Shown here in pieces: positions 26,454 to 34,826 of a stretch of 62,803 bases of DNA (position 1 is the first letter of the stretch; each line of letters opens with the position of its first letter). The DNA lies in NCBI GenBank assembly GCA_035535815.1, contig DATLPI010000056.1:1-62803 (forward strand), written 5' to 3'. Both the position numbers and the translations under genes were made by a program. Source of the DNA: Actinomycetota bacterium. GTDB lineage: Bacteria; Actinomycetota; UBA4738; HRBIN12. The notes under the pieces are model-generated. The model had not been told where the DNA came from and did no database searches. It saw nothing but the letters and a program-made list of their open reading frames with translations.

Positions 26454-27464
26454 ATGCGATTCGGGCTGAGCCTGCCGCACTACGGGTTCTCCTTGCCGGG
26501 GTCCGCGCCGATCACGTTCGAGGCCATGGCGGTGTGGGCGAACCGGGCCGAGGAGCTCGGGTTCGATTCGGTGTCGATCTCCGACCACTTCTTCTATTCG
26601 TTCGGGCGCTACGGGGCCGATCCGCAGCCGATCGCCTCCCTGGAGCCCATGACGGCGCTCGCCGGGCTGGCGGCGGTGACCGACCGTGTTCGTCTCAGCA
26701 CGCTCGTCCTGTGCGCGCCGTTCCGACATCCGTCCAACCTCGCGAAGATGGCCGCCACGATCGATCAGCTCTCCGGGGGGCGGCTCGATCTGGGGATCGG
26801 CGCGGGCTGGCTCGAACAGGAGTTCTCGGCGTTCGGATATCCGTTCGGCACCGTGGGTGAACGGTTCGAGGCGTTGGAGGAAACGCTCCAGGTGCTCGAA
26901 GCGCTGTTCTCCGGAACGCCGGCGACCTTCGACGGACCGACGGTCACGCTCCGTGATGCCCGGCTGCTACCGGGGTCGGCGCAGGAGCCGCGGATCCCCG
27001 TGTGGGTGGGCGGCAAGGGCGGACCGCGACTGCTGCGTCTGGCGGTTCGGCATGCCGTCGGCTGGAACGCCGTGTGGCGCTGGGCGCCCGAGGCCTACGC
27101 CGAACGGGTTGCGGCCGCCAGGCAGATCTGCGAACAGGAGGGGCGTGACCCTGCCACGTTCCGCCTCTCGGTGGGGCTCTCCTGCCTGTTGGGTGAGGAC
27201 CAGGCCGCCGCCCGGGCGGTGTTCGAGCGCGGGCGGGCCGCGATGCCGGGCGACGCGATGGCCGCGGAGACCGAAGCCTCGTGGCGCGCCGACACGCTCT
27301 CCGGCACGCCCGAGCAGGCACTGGAGCGGCTCCATTCATTCGAAGCGCTCGGTGTAGAGGAGGTCGTGATCGCCCCGTGGGTGTTGCCGTTCGCGGTCCC
27401 CGAACCGGAACAGATGGACCTCTTCGCCGAGCGGGTGATGGGTCCGTTCCGCGCGGGCGCGTGA
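26454..27464 (+). CDS. Luciferase-like monooxygenase (LLM) family oxidoreductase, possibly F420-dependent
   Basis: Contains MRFGLSLPHYG, ELGFDSVSISDHFF and LDLGIGAGWLEQEFSAFG. Trimmed to ATG 26454. Confidence 0.75.
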   Translation: MRFGLSLPHYGFSLPGSAPITFEAMAVWANRAEELGFDSVSISDHFFYSFGRYGADPQPIASLEPMTALAGLAAVTDRVRLSTLVLCAPFRHPSNLAKMAATIDQLSGGRLDLGIGAGWLEQEFSAFGYPFGTVGERFEALEETLQVLEALFSGTPATFDGPTVTLRDARLLPGSAQEPRIPVWVGGKGGPRLLRLAVRHAVGWNAVWRWAPEAYAERVAAARQICEQEGRDPATFRLSVGLSCLLGEDQAAARAVFERGRAAMPGDAMAAETEASWRADTLSGTPEQALERLHSFEALGVEEVVIAPWVLPFAVPEPEQMDLFAERVMGPFRAGA

Positions 27465-27466
27465 GG

Positions 27467-27676
27467 ATGGAACCGGAGGCCGCGATCCTTGCCGTGCTGG
27501 AGGCTGCGGATGGACCGCTGCATTGGACGGTGATCCAGGATCGGGCTCTGCGTGCCGGCTACCTCGATCCCTTCGAAACCCCGGATGTGCGTGGCGTAGT
27601 GGGACGCACCCTGCATGAGCTCGCGAGGGCGGGGACGATCGTCAAGGTGGAACAGGGCACGTACCGACCGGCGTAG
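27467..27676 (+). CDS. Stand-alone winged-helix (HARE-HTH-like) small protein
   Basis: 69 aa, MEPEAAILAVLEAADGPLHWTVIQDRALRAGYLDP..VGRTLHELARAGTIVKVEQGTYRPA. ATG 27467 lies 2 nt after the LLM stop. The pattern resembles the HARE-HTH domain (by eye). Confidence 0.55.
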   Translation: MEPEAAILAVLEAADGPLHWTVIQDRALRAGYLDPFETPDVRGVVGRTLHELARAGTIVKVEQGTYRPA

Positions 27677-27682
27677 CGCCGA

Positions 27683-27922
27683 TCAGGCCGGCTTCTTGCG
27701 GGGACGCCCTCGCTTCTTCGGTGCAGGCTTGGGCTTCGGGGAGGCGTTGCCCACGACCGCCTTGCGTCGCCCGGGACGTGGTTTGCGCGCACCGGCGATC
27801 GCCTCGTTGACGTGGGTGCTGCAGAGGTCCTTCACGAAGTTCCCTCGTGCGACCTTGATCGTGATCGTCTCGGCCGCCGGTCGTCCGCAGGTGTCGCAGA
27901 CCAAGATCGTCTTCTCCGCCAT
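27683..27922 (-). CDS. Small nucleoid-associated-type protein: Lsr2-N-terminal-like segment with CxxC..CxxH and a C-terminal AT-hook
   Basis: 79 aa from ATG 27922, which is preceded by GAAGGAG. Sequence: MAEKTILVCDTCGRPAAETITIKVARGNFVKDLCSTHVNEAI..KPKPAPKKRGRPRKKPA. The RGRP core AT-hook is at the C-terminus. Confidence 0.7.
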   Translation of the reverse strand: MAEKTILVCDTCGRPAAETITIKVARGNFVKDLCSTHVNEAIAGARKPRPGRRKAVVGNASPKPKPAPKKRGRPRKKPA

Positions 27923-27990
27923 GATGGGTTCTCCTTCGCGCTCGCCGTGGACGAAGGATACGTCGCCCGCAGGTCCGGGCGCCGGCCGGC

Positions 27991-28986
27991 TCAGCGCCGA
28001 TAGGCGATCGGTGAGAATCGTTCGAGCTTCTCGAAGCGATGCTCTGCCTCGACCCATCGCACCGTGCCCGACCTCGACCGCATCACCATGGAGTGCGTGG
28101 TGGCGCCGTCCGGCCAGTAGCGGACCCCTCGGAGCAGGTTCCCCTCGGTGATACCCGTGGCCGCGAAGAACACGTCGTCGCCGCTGACGAGGTCGTCCGT
28201 GGACAACACGGCGTCGACGTCGTAGCCATCGTCGACGAGCTGCTGGCGTTCATCGTCGTCGCGGGGGGCGAGGCGTCCCTGGATGGCGCCGCCGAGACAC
28301 TTGAGTGCGGCGGCCGCGATCACGCCTTCGGGCGTGCCGCCGGTCCCGATCAACAGGTCGATGCCCGACCGGGGCGCCGCGGCGGCGATGGCTCCCGCGA
28401 CGTCGCCGTCGCTGATCAGGTACACGCGAGCGCCCACGCTGCGGATGGCGGCGATGAGGCCCTCGTGCCGGGGCCGGTCGAGGACGGTGACGCTGACCTC
28501 TTCGGGCCGAACGCCCTTGGCCTTGGCGACCAGCCGAACGTTCTCCTCCGGGGAGGCGGTGATGTCGATCACGTCGGCCGCCTCGGCGCCGGCGGCGATC
28601 TTCTCCATGTACACGGCCGCTCCGGGGAAGAACATCGTGTCGCGGGGAGCGAGCGCGATCACCGCCACCGCGTTGGGTTGGCCGAGGGCGGTGAGGGTCG
28701 TTCCGTCGACGGGGTCGACCGCCACGTCGACCCCCGGGCCTTCGCCGTTGCCCACTTCCTCGCCGTTGTAGAGCATCGGCGCTTCGTCCTTCTCACCCTC
28801 GCCGATCACGACGGTGCCGTGCATCGAGACGGTGTCGATCATCAGCCGCATCGCGTCGACGGCGGCCTGGTCGGCCGCGATCTTGTCGCCGTGGCCGATC
28901 CAACGGCCGGCGGCCAGCGCCGCCGCCTCGGTGACGCGTGCCAGTTCCATCGCGAGGTTCCGGTCGGGCCGCTGCGAGTCACTCAC
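27991..28986 (-). CDS. glpX: Class II fructose-1,6-bisphosphatase
   Basis: 331 aa with [44 protein letters not shown] and [12 protein letters not shown]. Confidence 0.92.
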   Translation of the reverse strand: MSDSQRPDRNLAMELARVTEAAALAAGRWIGHGDKIAADQAAVDAMRLMIDTVSMHGTVVIGEGEKDEAPMLYNGEEVGNGEGPGVDVAVDPVDGTTLTALGQPNAVAVIALAPRDTMFFPGAAVYMEKIAAGAEAADVIDITASPEENVRLVAKAKGVRPEEVSVTVLDRPRHEGLIAAIRSVGARVYLISDGDVAGAIAAAAPRSGIDLLIGTGGTPEGVIAAAALKCLGGAIQGRLAPRDDDERQQLVDDGYDVDAVLSTDDLVSGDDVFFAATGITEGNLLRGVRYWPDGATTHSMVMRSRSGTVRWVEAEHRFEKLERFSPIAYRR

Positions 28987-29038
28987 GTTCGGTGCTCCTT
29001 CGAAGGTCGTGGGGGCATGACGTGCCCGAAACGCAATC

Positions 29039-30058
29039 CTACGCGCCGGTCACCGGGTCGGGGCTCGGTGGTCGCGGCGCCGGCGCCAGGCCGCGTTCGG
29101 CGTACCAGGCCAGGGTGCGGCGGACGGTCATCTCCAGCGGCGTGTAGCGGAGGTCGAGCGCACGGCGCGCCAGCGATCCGTCGTAGCGATGGCCGTGCAG
29201 CAAGGTGCGAAGCATCTCGGGGCAGACGGTGGATCCCCTGCCCACCAGACTCGCCACGCCGCCCGTCACCGTGCCCACGACGGTTACCACCGAACGCGGA
29301 GCGAACCGGGCCCGGGCCGGCTGGCCGCAGACCCGCCGCAGCAGTTCGATCGCTTCGCTCACCCGGACCGAGGCGCCGTTGATGAGGTAGCGCTCACCCG
29401 GCGCCCCGTGCTGTTCGGCGAGCAGGTGCGCCTCGGTACAGTCGTCGACGTCGACGATCGACACATAGGTGTCCACCAGGACCGGAAGACGACCGTTCAC
29501 GAGGTCCAGGAGCAGGCGGGAAGACCCGCCGATGCGTCCCGGACCCTGCACCGACGACGGGTTCACGCAGACGACCGGCACGCCGAGTTCGGACCCCAAC
29601 GCGAGGACCTTGCGCTCGGCGAGCAGCTTCGAGCGCTCGTACTGCGACAGGAAGCTGCCGCGGTGCGGGGTGTCCTCGCGGCCGATCACGCCGCTGGCCT
29701 CGCCGATCGTGGCGGCCGACGAGGTGTGAACGACCCGTGTGACCTTGGCGGCCGAGGCCGCCCGCACCACTGCCGCCGAGCCCTCGACGTTCGCGTGCAG
29801 CATGGGCCCGGGGTCGCGCTGGCACATCGCGTTGATGCCGGCCACGTGGAAGACGGTGCGCACCCCACGCATGCCATCGAGCAGGGCGGCCGGATCGTCG
29901 AGATCGCCGCGGACCGGATGCGCCCCCAGGGAGCGCACGGTGTCGGCGGCGGCCCCGCTCCGCGCCAGCGCCTTGACGAACCGGCCTTCGGCGACCAGGC
30001 GCTGCACGAGCGCTCCGCCGACGAACCCCGATCCGCCGGTGACGAAGACGTCGCCCAC
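29039..30058 (-). CDS. NAD-dependent epimerase/dehydratase (extended SDR) family protein
   Basis: 339 aa with the Rossmann motif [13 protein letters not shown] and the catalytic motif YERSK. GTG start at 30058. Confidence 0.8.
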   Translation of the reverse strand: MGDVFVTGGSGFVGGALVQRLVAEGRFVKALARSGAAADTVRSLGAHPVRGDLDDPAALLDGMRGVRTVFHVAGINAMCQRDPGPMLHANVEGSAAVVRAASAAKVTRVVHTSSAATIGEASGVIGREDTPHRGSFLSQYERSKLLAERKVLALGSELGVPVVCVNPSSVQGPGRIGGSSRLLLDLVNGRLPVLVDTYVSIVDVDDCTEAHLLAEQHGAPGERYLINGASVRVSEAIELLRRVCGQPARARFAPRSVVTVVGTVTGGVASLVGRGSTVCPEMLRTLLHGHRYDGSLARRALDLRYTPLEMTVRRTLAWYAERGLAPAPRPPSPDPVTGA

Positions 30059-30063
30059 GCGGC

Positions 30064-30663
30064 TCAGCGCTCTCGGGCGCTTCGCTCGCGCCGGGCGCTG
30101 CCGGCCAACGCACCGCCGTAGCGCGCGAAGTACTCGACCGCCGACGCGACGGTGATCACCGCGGCGATCGCCATCACGACCTGGTCGAGGTGCCAGTCAC
30201 CGACCATGACGTCGGGACGCCAGATGGCCAGGAAGATGGCGAGGAACTGCACGTTCGCCTTCAACTTGCCCCAGATCGAGGGACGGATCACCGTGCCGTC
30301 CCCGGCGGTCACCGCCCCCCGGAGCCCCATGACGAGCAGCTCGCGCCCGATGATGATGAAGGCCACCCACATCGAGCACCGCCCGACGGCGACCAGCGAG
30401 ATGAGCACCCCGGATACGAGCAGCTTGTCCGCCGTCGTGTCGAGGAAGTTGCCCAGCGTGGTCGTCTGCTTCCAGCGTCGAGCCAGGCGGCCGTCGAAGT
30501 AGTCGGTGATGGCGGCGATCGCGAACAGGGTGGCTGCGGCCGGTGTGGCCCACGACACGCGGTCGCCCACCCAGATCAGGGCCATCACCACGGGCGTGAG
30601 CGCGATCCGCAGATAGGTGATGGCCTGGAGGAACGTGGCGGCTCGGTCGTCGGCGCTGGTCAT
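30064..30663 (-). CDS. pgsA: CDP-alcohol phosphatidyltransferase (CDP-diacylglycerol--glycerol-3-phosphate 3-phosphatidyltransferase-like)
   Basis: 199 aa polytopic protein. The signature D-x2-DG-x2-AR..G-x3-D-x3-D appears as DYFDGRLARRWKQTTTLGNFLDTTADKL. Confidence 0.82.
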   Translation of the reverse strand: MTSADDRAATFLQAITYLRIALTPVVMALIWVGDRVSWATPAAATLFAIAAITDYFDGRLARRWKQTTTLGNFLDTTADKLLVSGVLISLVAVGRCSMWVAFIIIGRELLVMGLRGAVTAGDGTVIRPSIWGKLKANVQFLAIFLAIWRPDVMVGDWHLDQVVMAIAAVITVASAVEYFARYGGALAGSARRERSARER

Positions 30664-30694
30664 CCGGGCATCGGGCGCATCGTAACAGCGCCTT

Positions 30695-33184
30695 TCAGAC
30701 GGCCAGCAGCGCCCGGACCTCGGACGCGGACGTGCATGCCAGCGCCTTCACGGCCAGGGCCTCGGCCTCGGGGATGTCGGTGCTGCGCACGACCTGCTTG
30801 ACCTGCCCGATCGCCGGAGCGCTCATCGAGAGTTCTCGGACGCCGAGGCCGAGAAGCAACGACGTGGCGGTGGCATCGCCCGCGAGTTCGCCGCAGACAC
30901 CGACCCAACGACCATGTGCCCGTGCGGCGACGGTCGTGCCCTCGATGAGCCGCAGCACGGCGGGATGCACCGCATCGGAGAGCGACGCCACATGTTCGTT
31001 GCCGCGGTCGGCGGCGAGCACGTACTGGGTCAGGTCATTCGTGCCGATCGAGAAGAAGTCGACGGAGGGTGCGAGGGCCGCCGCGGTGAGCGCTGCGGCG
31101 GGCACCTCCACCATGATGCCGGTCTCCAGCTGTGCGGCGCGACCCACGGCCTGTCGAGCCTGATCCAGCAGTTCGAGCGCGCGGTGGAGTTCGTCGGTCG
31201 TGGCCACCATGGGGAACATCACGCGAACCGGGAAGTCGGCCGCCACCCGGACAACGGCGCGCAGCTGCGTGAGGAGCAGGTCGGGGCGCGTCAGCCCCAA
31301 TCGCACCCCGCGCACCCCGAGGAACGGGTTCGGCTCGGCCGGCTGGCCGAGGTAGGGAAGGGGTTTGTCCGCGCCGGCATCAAGGGTTCGTAGCAGCAAC
31401 GGGCGGCCGTGGAGGGCTTCGGCGGCGAGGCGATAGGCGGCCTCCTGCTCGTCCTCGGTGGGCATGGCGTCCCGATCCATGAACAGGAACTCTGTGCGGA
31501 ACAACCCAACGCCGTCGGCGCCCTGGGCGACCGCGGGGGCCACCTCCTCGGGCGAGCCGACGTTGGCCGAAACCTCGACGGTGACGCCGTCGGCCGTGAC
31601 GGCAGGCGTGTTCGCCACGTCGCGTGCCGCGTCGGCCGCCAGGGCGGCAGCGGTACGGGCTTCCTCGAGATCGGTGAGGAGCTCGGCCGGGGGATCGACG
31701 TGGACCAGTCCACGGTCACCGTTCAGGGCGAGCGTCGTTCCGTCCTCGATCTCCATGAGTCGGTCGCCCAGGCCCACGACTGCGGGGATACCCATCGATC
31801 GGGCGAGGACCGCCGCATGGCTGGTGGGACCGCCACGTGCGGTGGCGATGCCCATGACCACGGCGGGATCGAGCCCGGAGGTGTCGGCGGGCGTGAGGTC
31901 GGCGGCCACCAAGATGCCCGGCGCATCCATCGCCGGCGCGGGTGGCTCGATCCCCAGGATGCGAGCTAGCACCTGGACGCCCACGCTCCGCAGATCGTCG
32001 GCGCGCGCTCGCAGGTACGGGTCCTCGATCGCCTCCCAGTCCCGGGCCGTGGTGTCGATCGAGGCTTGCCACGCCTGCGCCGCCGTGCGGTGATCCGCGT
32101 GGATCGCTCGCCGGGCCGGCGCGAGCAACGCATCGTCTCGGAGCAACAGCAGGTGAGCCGAGAAGATCGCTGCCTCCTGTTCCCCCGCCTTTGTCAGGAC
32201 CTCATCACGCTGGCGTTCGATGTCGGCGCCGGCTTGCTCCAGTGCGTGGTCGAGCCGCGCGATCTCGGCTGCTCCGTCGGTGGCGTCGCCTGCCGGGACC
32301 GTGAGGGCCGGCACGTGGAAGCGCTGTGCGGGCCCGCTCGCGAGGCCGGGCGAAGCCGAGAAGCCGTGGAGGGCGCCGTCGCTGAGGTCGTCGTCGGTGG
32401 CCGGGAGGGGAGGCACGGGGGCGGTCGCCTCGGGGCCGACGGCCTCCTCGTCGAAGTTCCGCGAAGCGAGCGCCTGCACGGCAGCGATCGCCTCGGCCGC
32501 CTGGGGACCGGTGGCTGCAACCTCCAGCTCGTGTCCGGTGGCGGCGCCCAGGGTGGCGATGGCGTTGAGGCTCTTCGCGTCGGCAGGCCCCCGTCCGTTG
32601 GTGAGGTCGCGCACCTGTACCAGCGCGTCGTAAGAGGACGCCGTCTGCACGAACCGAGTCGCGGGCCGGGCGTGCAGCCCGTGCGGGTTCGCGACGGTGA
32701 TCGCGGCCACGACGGCCTCTCCCTCGGGGCGGTCGCCGGTGGGCTGGTCGCTGGCAGGACCCACGTCGGCGGCCGGGGTCCCGAGGTGGGTGATCTTGCC
32801 CGCCAGGCCGCCGCGGGCCTCAGCGGCCACCGCGTCGAGCGAGGCGCCCATCTTCGCCGTGACCGCGGCCGCCACCGCGCCCTCGACCAGCGGGGCCTCG
32901 CACAGTTGGATCCGTTCGCGCTGCCCGGGTTCCAGCAGGTCGAGGGCCATCTCGGCCGACAGGACCGCACTGCCTAGGTCCATCAAGACCAGCACGCCGT
33001 CCTCGGACCACGCGCGTTCGATCGCCTGCATCACGAGGACGGCGTCGGTACCGATCGGGTGCTCGGGCATGTCGAGACCGCCCGCGGTCTCCAGGCGGAT
33101 GTCCGGACCGCCCATCTCGCGCGCGAGCTCGGCGACGCCTTCGGCGATCCGGAAGCTGTGGGAGACGATCACGATCCCGACCAC
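30695..33184 (-). CDS. dhaM: Dihydroxyacetone kinase phosphoryl-donor subunit DhaM: EIIA(Man)-HPr-full-length Enzyme I fusion
   Basis: 829 aa. The N-terminus GIVIVSHS..GVAEL is EIIA-Man-type. The HPr motif is NPHGLHARPATRFV. EI motifs are GGPTSHAAVLARSMGIP, FFSIGTNDLTQY and VGVCGELAGD. GTG 33184 is preceded by GGAGGA. Confidence 0.9.
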   Translation of the reverse strand: MVGIVIVSHSFRIAEGVAELAREMGGPDIRLETAGGLDMPEHPIGTDAVLVMQAIERAWSEDGVLVLMDLGSAVLSAEMALDLLEPGQRERIQLCEAPLVEGAVAAAVTAKMGASLDAVAAEARGGLAGKITHLGTPAADVGPASDQPTGDRPEGEAVVAAITVANPHGLHARPATRFVQTASSYDALVQVRDLTNGRGPADAKSLNAIATLGAATGHELEVAATGPQAAEAIAAVQALASRNFDEEAVGPEATAPVPPLPATDDDLSDGALHGFSASPGLASGPAQRFHVPALTVPAGDATDGAAEIARLDHALEQAGADIERQRDEVLTKAGEQEAAIFSAHLLLLRDDALLAPARRAIHADHRTAAQAWQASIDTTARDWEAIEDPYLRARADDLRSVGVQVLARILGIEPPAPAMDAPGILVAADLTPADTSGLDPAVVMGIATARGGPTSHAAVLARSMGIPAVVGLGDRLMEIEDGTTLALNGDRGLVHVDPPAELLTDLEEARTAAALAADAARDVANTPAVTADGVTVEVSANVGSPEEVAPAVAQGADGVGLFRTEFLFMDRDAMPTEDEQEAAYRLAAEALHGRPLLLRTLDAGADKPLPYLGQPAEPNPFLGVRGVRLGLTRPDLLLTQLRAVVRVAADFPVRVMFPMVATTDELHRALELLDQARQAVGRAAQLETGIMVEVPAAALTAAALAPSVDFFSIGTNDLTQYVLAADRGNEHVASLSDAVHPAVLRLIEGTTVAARAHGRWVGVCGELAGDATATSLLLGLGVRELSMSAPAIGQVKQVVRSTDIPEAEALAVKALACTSASEVRALLAV

Positions 33185-33202
33185 GACGTCCTCCGCCTCG
33201 CC

Positions 33203-33598
33203 TCAGGCCCTCGAGGCCAGGACGCCGATCAACACGAACCCGTACGCCACGGTCACCACGCCGAGCCCCACGAGTCCCTTGCTCACGAGCTGCTTGTGAC
33301 GGTCGCTGAGGCCGAAGTCGAACAGGACCGACCGCAGTCCGAGCATCGCGTGGATCGTGATCACCACGAGGAAGATCGACTCGATCACGAAGATCACCGG
33401 GTTCGCGATGTAATCGAGGACGTGCTGGTAGGTGCGGAGCCCGCCGACGGCTTCGACCACGAAATGGTGGGCCACCATGTGGATCGTGACCAGCAGCAGC
33501 AGCGCGACGCCGGTGAGGGCCGTCCAGCGCCAGGTCCTGGAGCGGTTGGGTTCGCCTGTCGGCGCGCGAGGATCCTGAGCCGGAGCCTGCATCGTCAT
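33203..33598 (-). CDS. SdhD/FrdD-like 3-TM membrane anchor subunit
   Basis: 131 aa from ATG 33598, with an ATGA overlap with the upstream gene. Three TM helices carry His residues (LLLLVTIHMVAHHFVV, IFLVVITIHAMLGLRSVLF). Trimmed from the 347-aa track ORF. Confidence 0.7.
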   Translation of the reverse strand: MTMQAPAQDPRAPTGEPNRSRTWRWTALTGVALLLLVTIHMVAHHFVVEAVGGLRTYQHVLDYIANPVIFVIESIFLVVITIHAMLGLRSVLFDFGLSDRHKQLVSKGLVGLGVVTVAYGFVLIGVLASRA

Positions 33599-34056
33599 CC
33601 CTCCGCCGTGAAGACGTGGATCGCGGAGTAGATCAGCAGGATCGCCCCGAAGGTCATCAAGGTATAGAAGAGCGCCTTCTGACGGTTCGGGACGAAGCCG
33701 CTGCCGATCAGCGCCACGCGCAGGCCGTTCAGGCCGTGCGCCAGCAGTCCGAATACCAGCAGCACGTCCAGCCCCAGGAACAGCGGGGTGGTGGCGGTCT
33801 CGAGAAACCCGTTCCACGCGGCTTCGCCTCCCAGGAGCTGGGAGAGCACGGCCAGGTGCAGGTAAAGATAGAAGACCAACCCGAGGCCGGTGATCCGGTT
33901 CAACGAGAACGCGAAGTGTCCGGTGCCGCGGCGGCGGACGTCGAACCACGCGGTGGGACCCGGCGATTTCCGCTCGACGGGGCCTTCGGCACTTCGTACG
34001 CGCAGGATCTCCTCGACCCCACTGGGGGTCTGGTCCTCGGTTCGTCGTTCGCTCAC
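33595..34056 (-). CDS. SdhC/FrdC-like 3-TM cytochrome-b-type membrane anchor subunit
   Basis: 153 aa from GTG 34056, with a GTGA overlap with the upstream gene. Motifs are FSLNRITGLGLVFYLYLHLAV and LLVFGLLAHGLNGLRVAL, as in succinate dehydrogenase cytochrome b subunits. Confidence 0.7.
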   Translation of the reverse strand: MSERRTEDQTPSGVEEILRVRSAEGPVERKSPGPTAWFDVRRRGTGHFAFSLNRITGLGLVFYLYLHLAVLSQLLGGEAAWNGFLETATTPLFLGLDVLLVFGLLAHGLNGLRVALIGSGFVPNRQKALFYTLMTFGAILLIYSAIHVFTAEG

Positions 34057-34826
34057 GTCGGGTCCTCCGATCCGACCTCGGGGATGGCCCTTCCCTGGTC
34101 TCGCCGCCGTCGGCGAAGGTCTTTGCGCAGGGCCATGATCCGCTGGGCGGGGCGCACGTTCGAGGGGCAGGCCTCGGTGCATTCGAACGCGGCATGGCAG
34201 CGCCACGCGGCGGTGTCCTGGTCCGCCCAGTCGAGCAACGTGTCACGATCGACGGTGCCGGGGTCCTCCTCCAACATCCGCTGGGCGAACGCGAGGGCCG
34301 CGGGGCCGACGTAGCTGTCGTCGGTCGCCGACACCGGACAGGCCGACAGGCAGAGGCCGCATTCGATGCAGTCCTCGAACCGCTCGAAGGCCCCGAGGTC
34401 GACGGGCACGTCGGCTTGGGGAAGGAACTCGCTGTCCCGCACGATCGCGTGCGCTTCGGGGAACCGCTCGACGAAGGACGTCATGTCGACGACGAGGTCG
34501 TTCAGCACCGGCAGGTTGGCGATGGGCTCGACGGTGACGGTGCCGCCGCCGACGTCGGCGAGCGGCGTGACGCAGGCGAGCCGCTCCCGGCCGTTCACCC
34601 GTACCCCGCAGGTACCGCAGGAGGCATGGAAGCACGAGTGCCGGAGTGCCAGCGTGGCGTCCTCGTGGAGGTGGATCCATCGGAGGGCCTCGAGCACGGT
34701 GGTGCGTGCGCCGACCGGCACCTCGTGTTCGTCGACGTGTGCTGGACCGTCGTCGCGCTTGAACCGATGCACGCGGACGCGGCGCGTCTCCTGCGTGGTC
34801 GAGGCGACCCGATCCTCGGCGCTCAT
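34053..34826 (-). CDS. Succinate dehydrogenase/fumarate reductase-type iron-sulfur subunit (SdhB/FrdB-like)
   Basis: 257 aa from ATG 34826, with an ATGA overlap with the glpA-like stop. All three cluster motifs are present: CFHASCGTCGVRVNGRERLAC (2Fe-2S), CIECGLCLSACP (4Fe-4S) and CHAAFECTEACP (3Fe-4S). Confidence 0.85.
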   Translation of the reverse strand: MSAEDRVASTTQETRRVRVHRFKRDDGPAHVDEHEVPVGARTTVLEALRWIHLHEDATLALRHSCFHASCGTCGVRVNGRERLACVTPLADVGGGTVTVEPIANLPVLNDLVVDMTSFVERFPEAHAIVRDSEFLPQADVPVDLGAFERFEDCIECGLCLSACPVSATDDSYVGPAALAFAQRMLEEDPGTVDRDTLLDWADQDTAAWRCHAAFECTEACPSNVRPAQRIMALRKDLRRRRRDQGRAIPEVGSEDPT

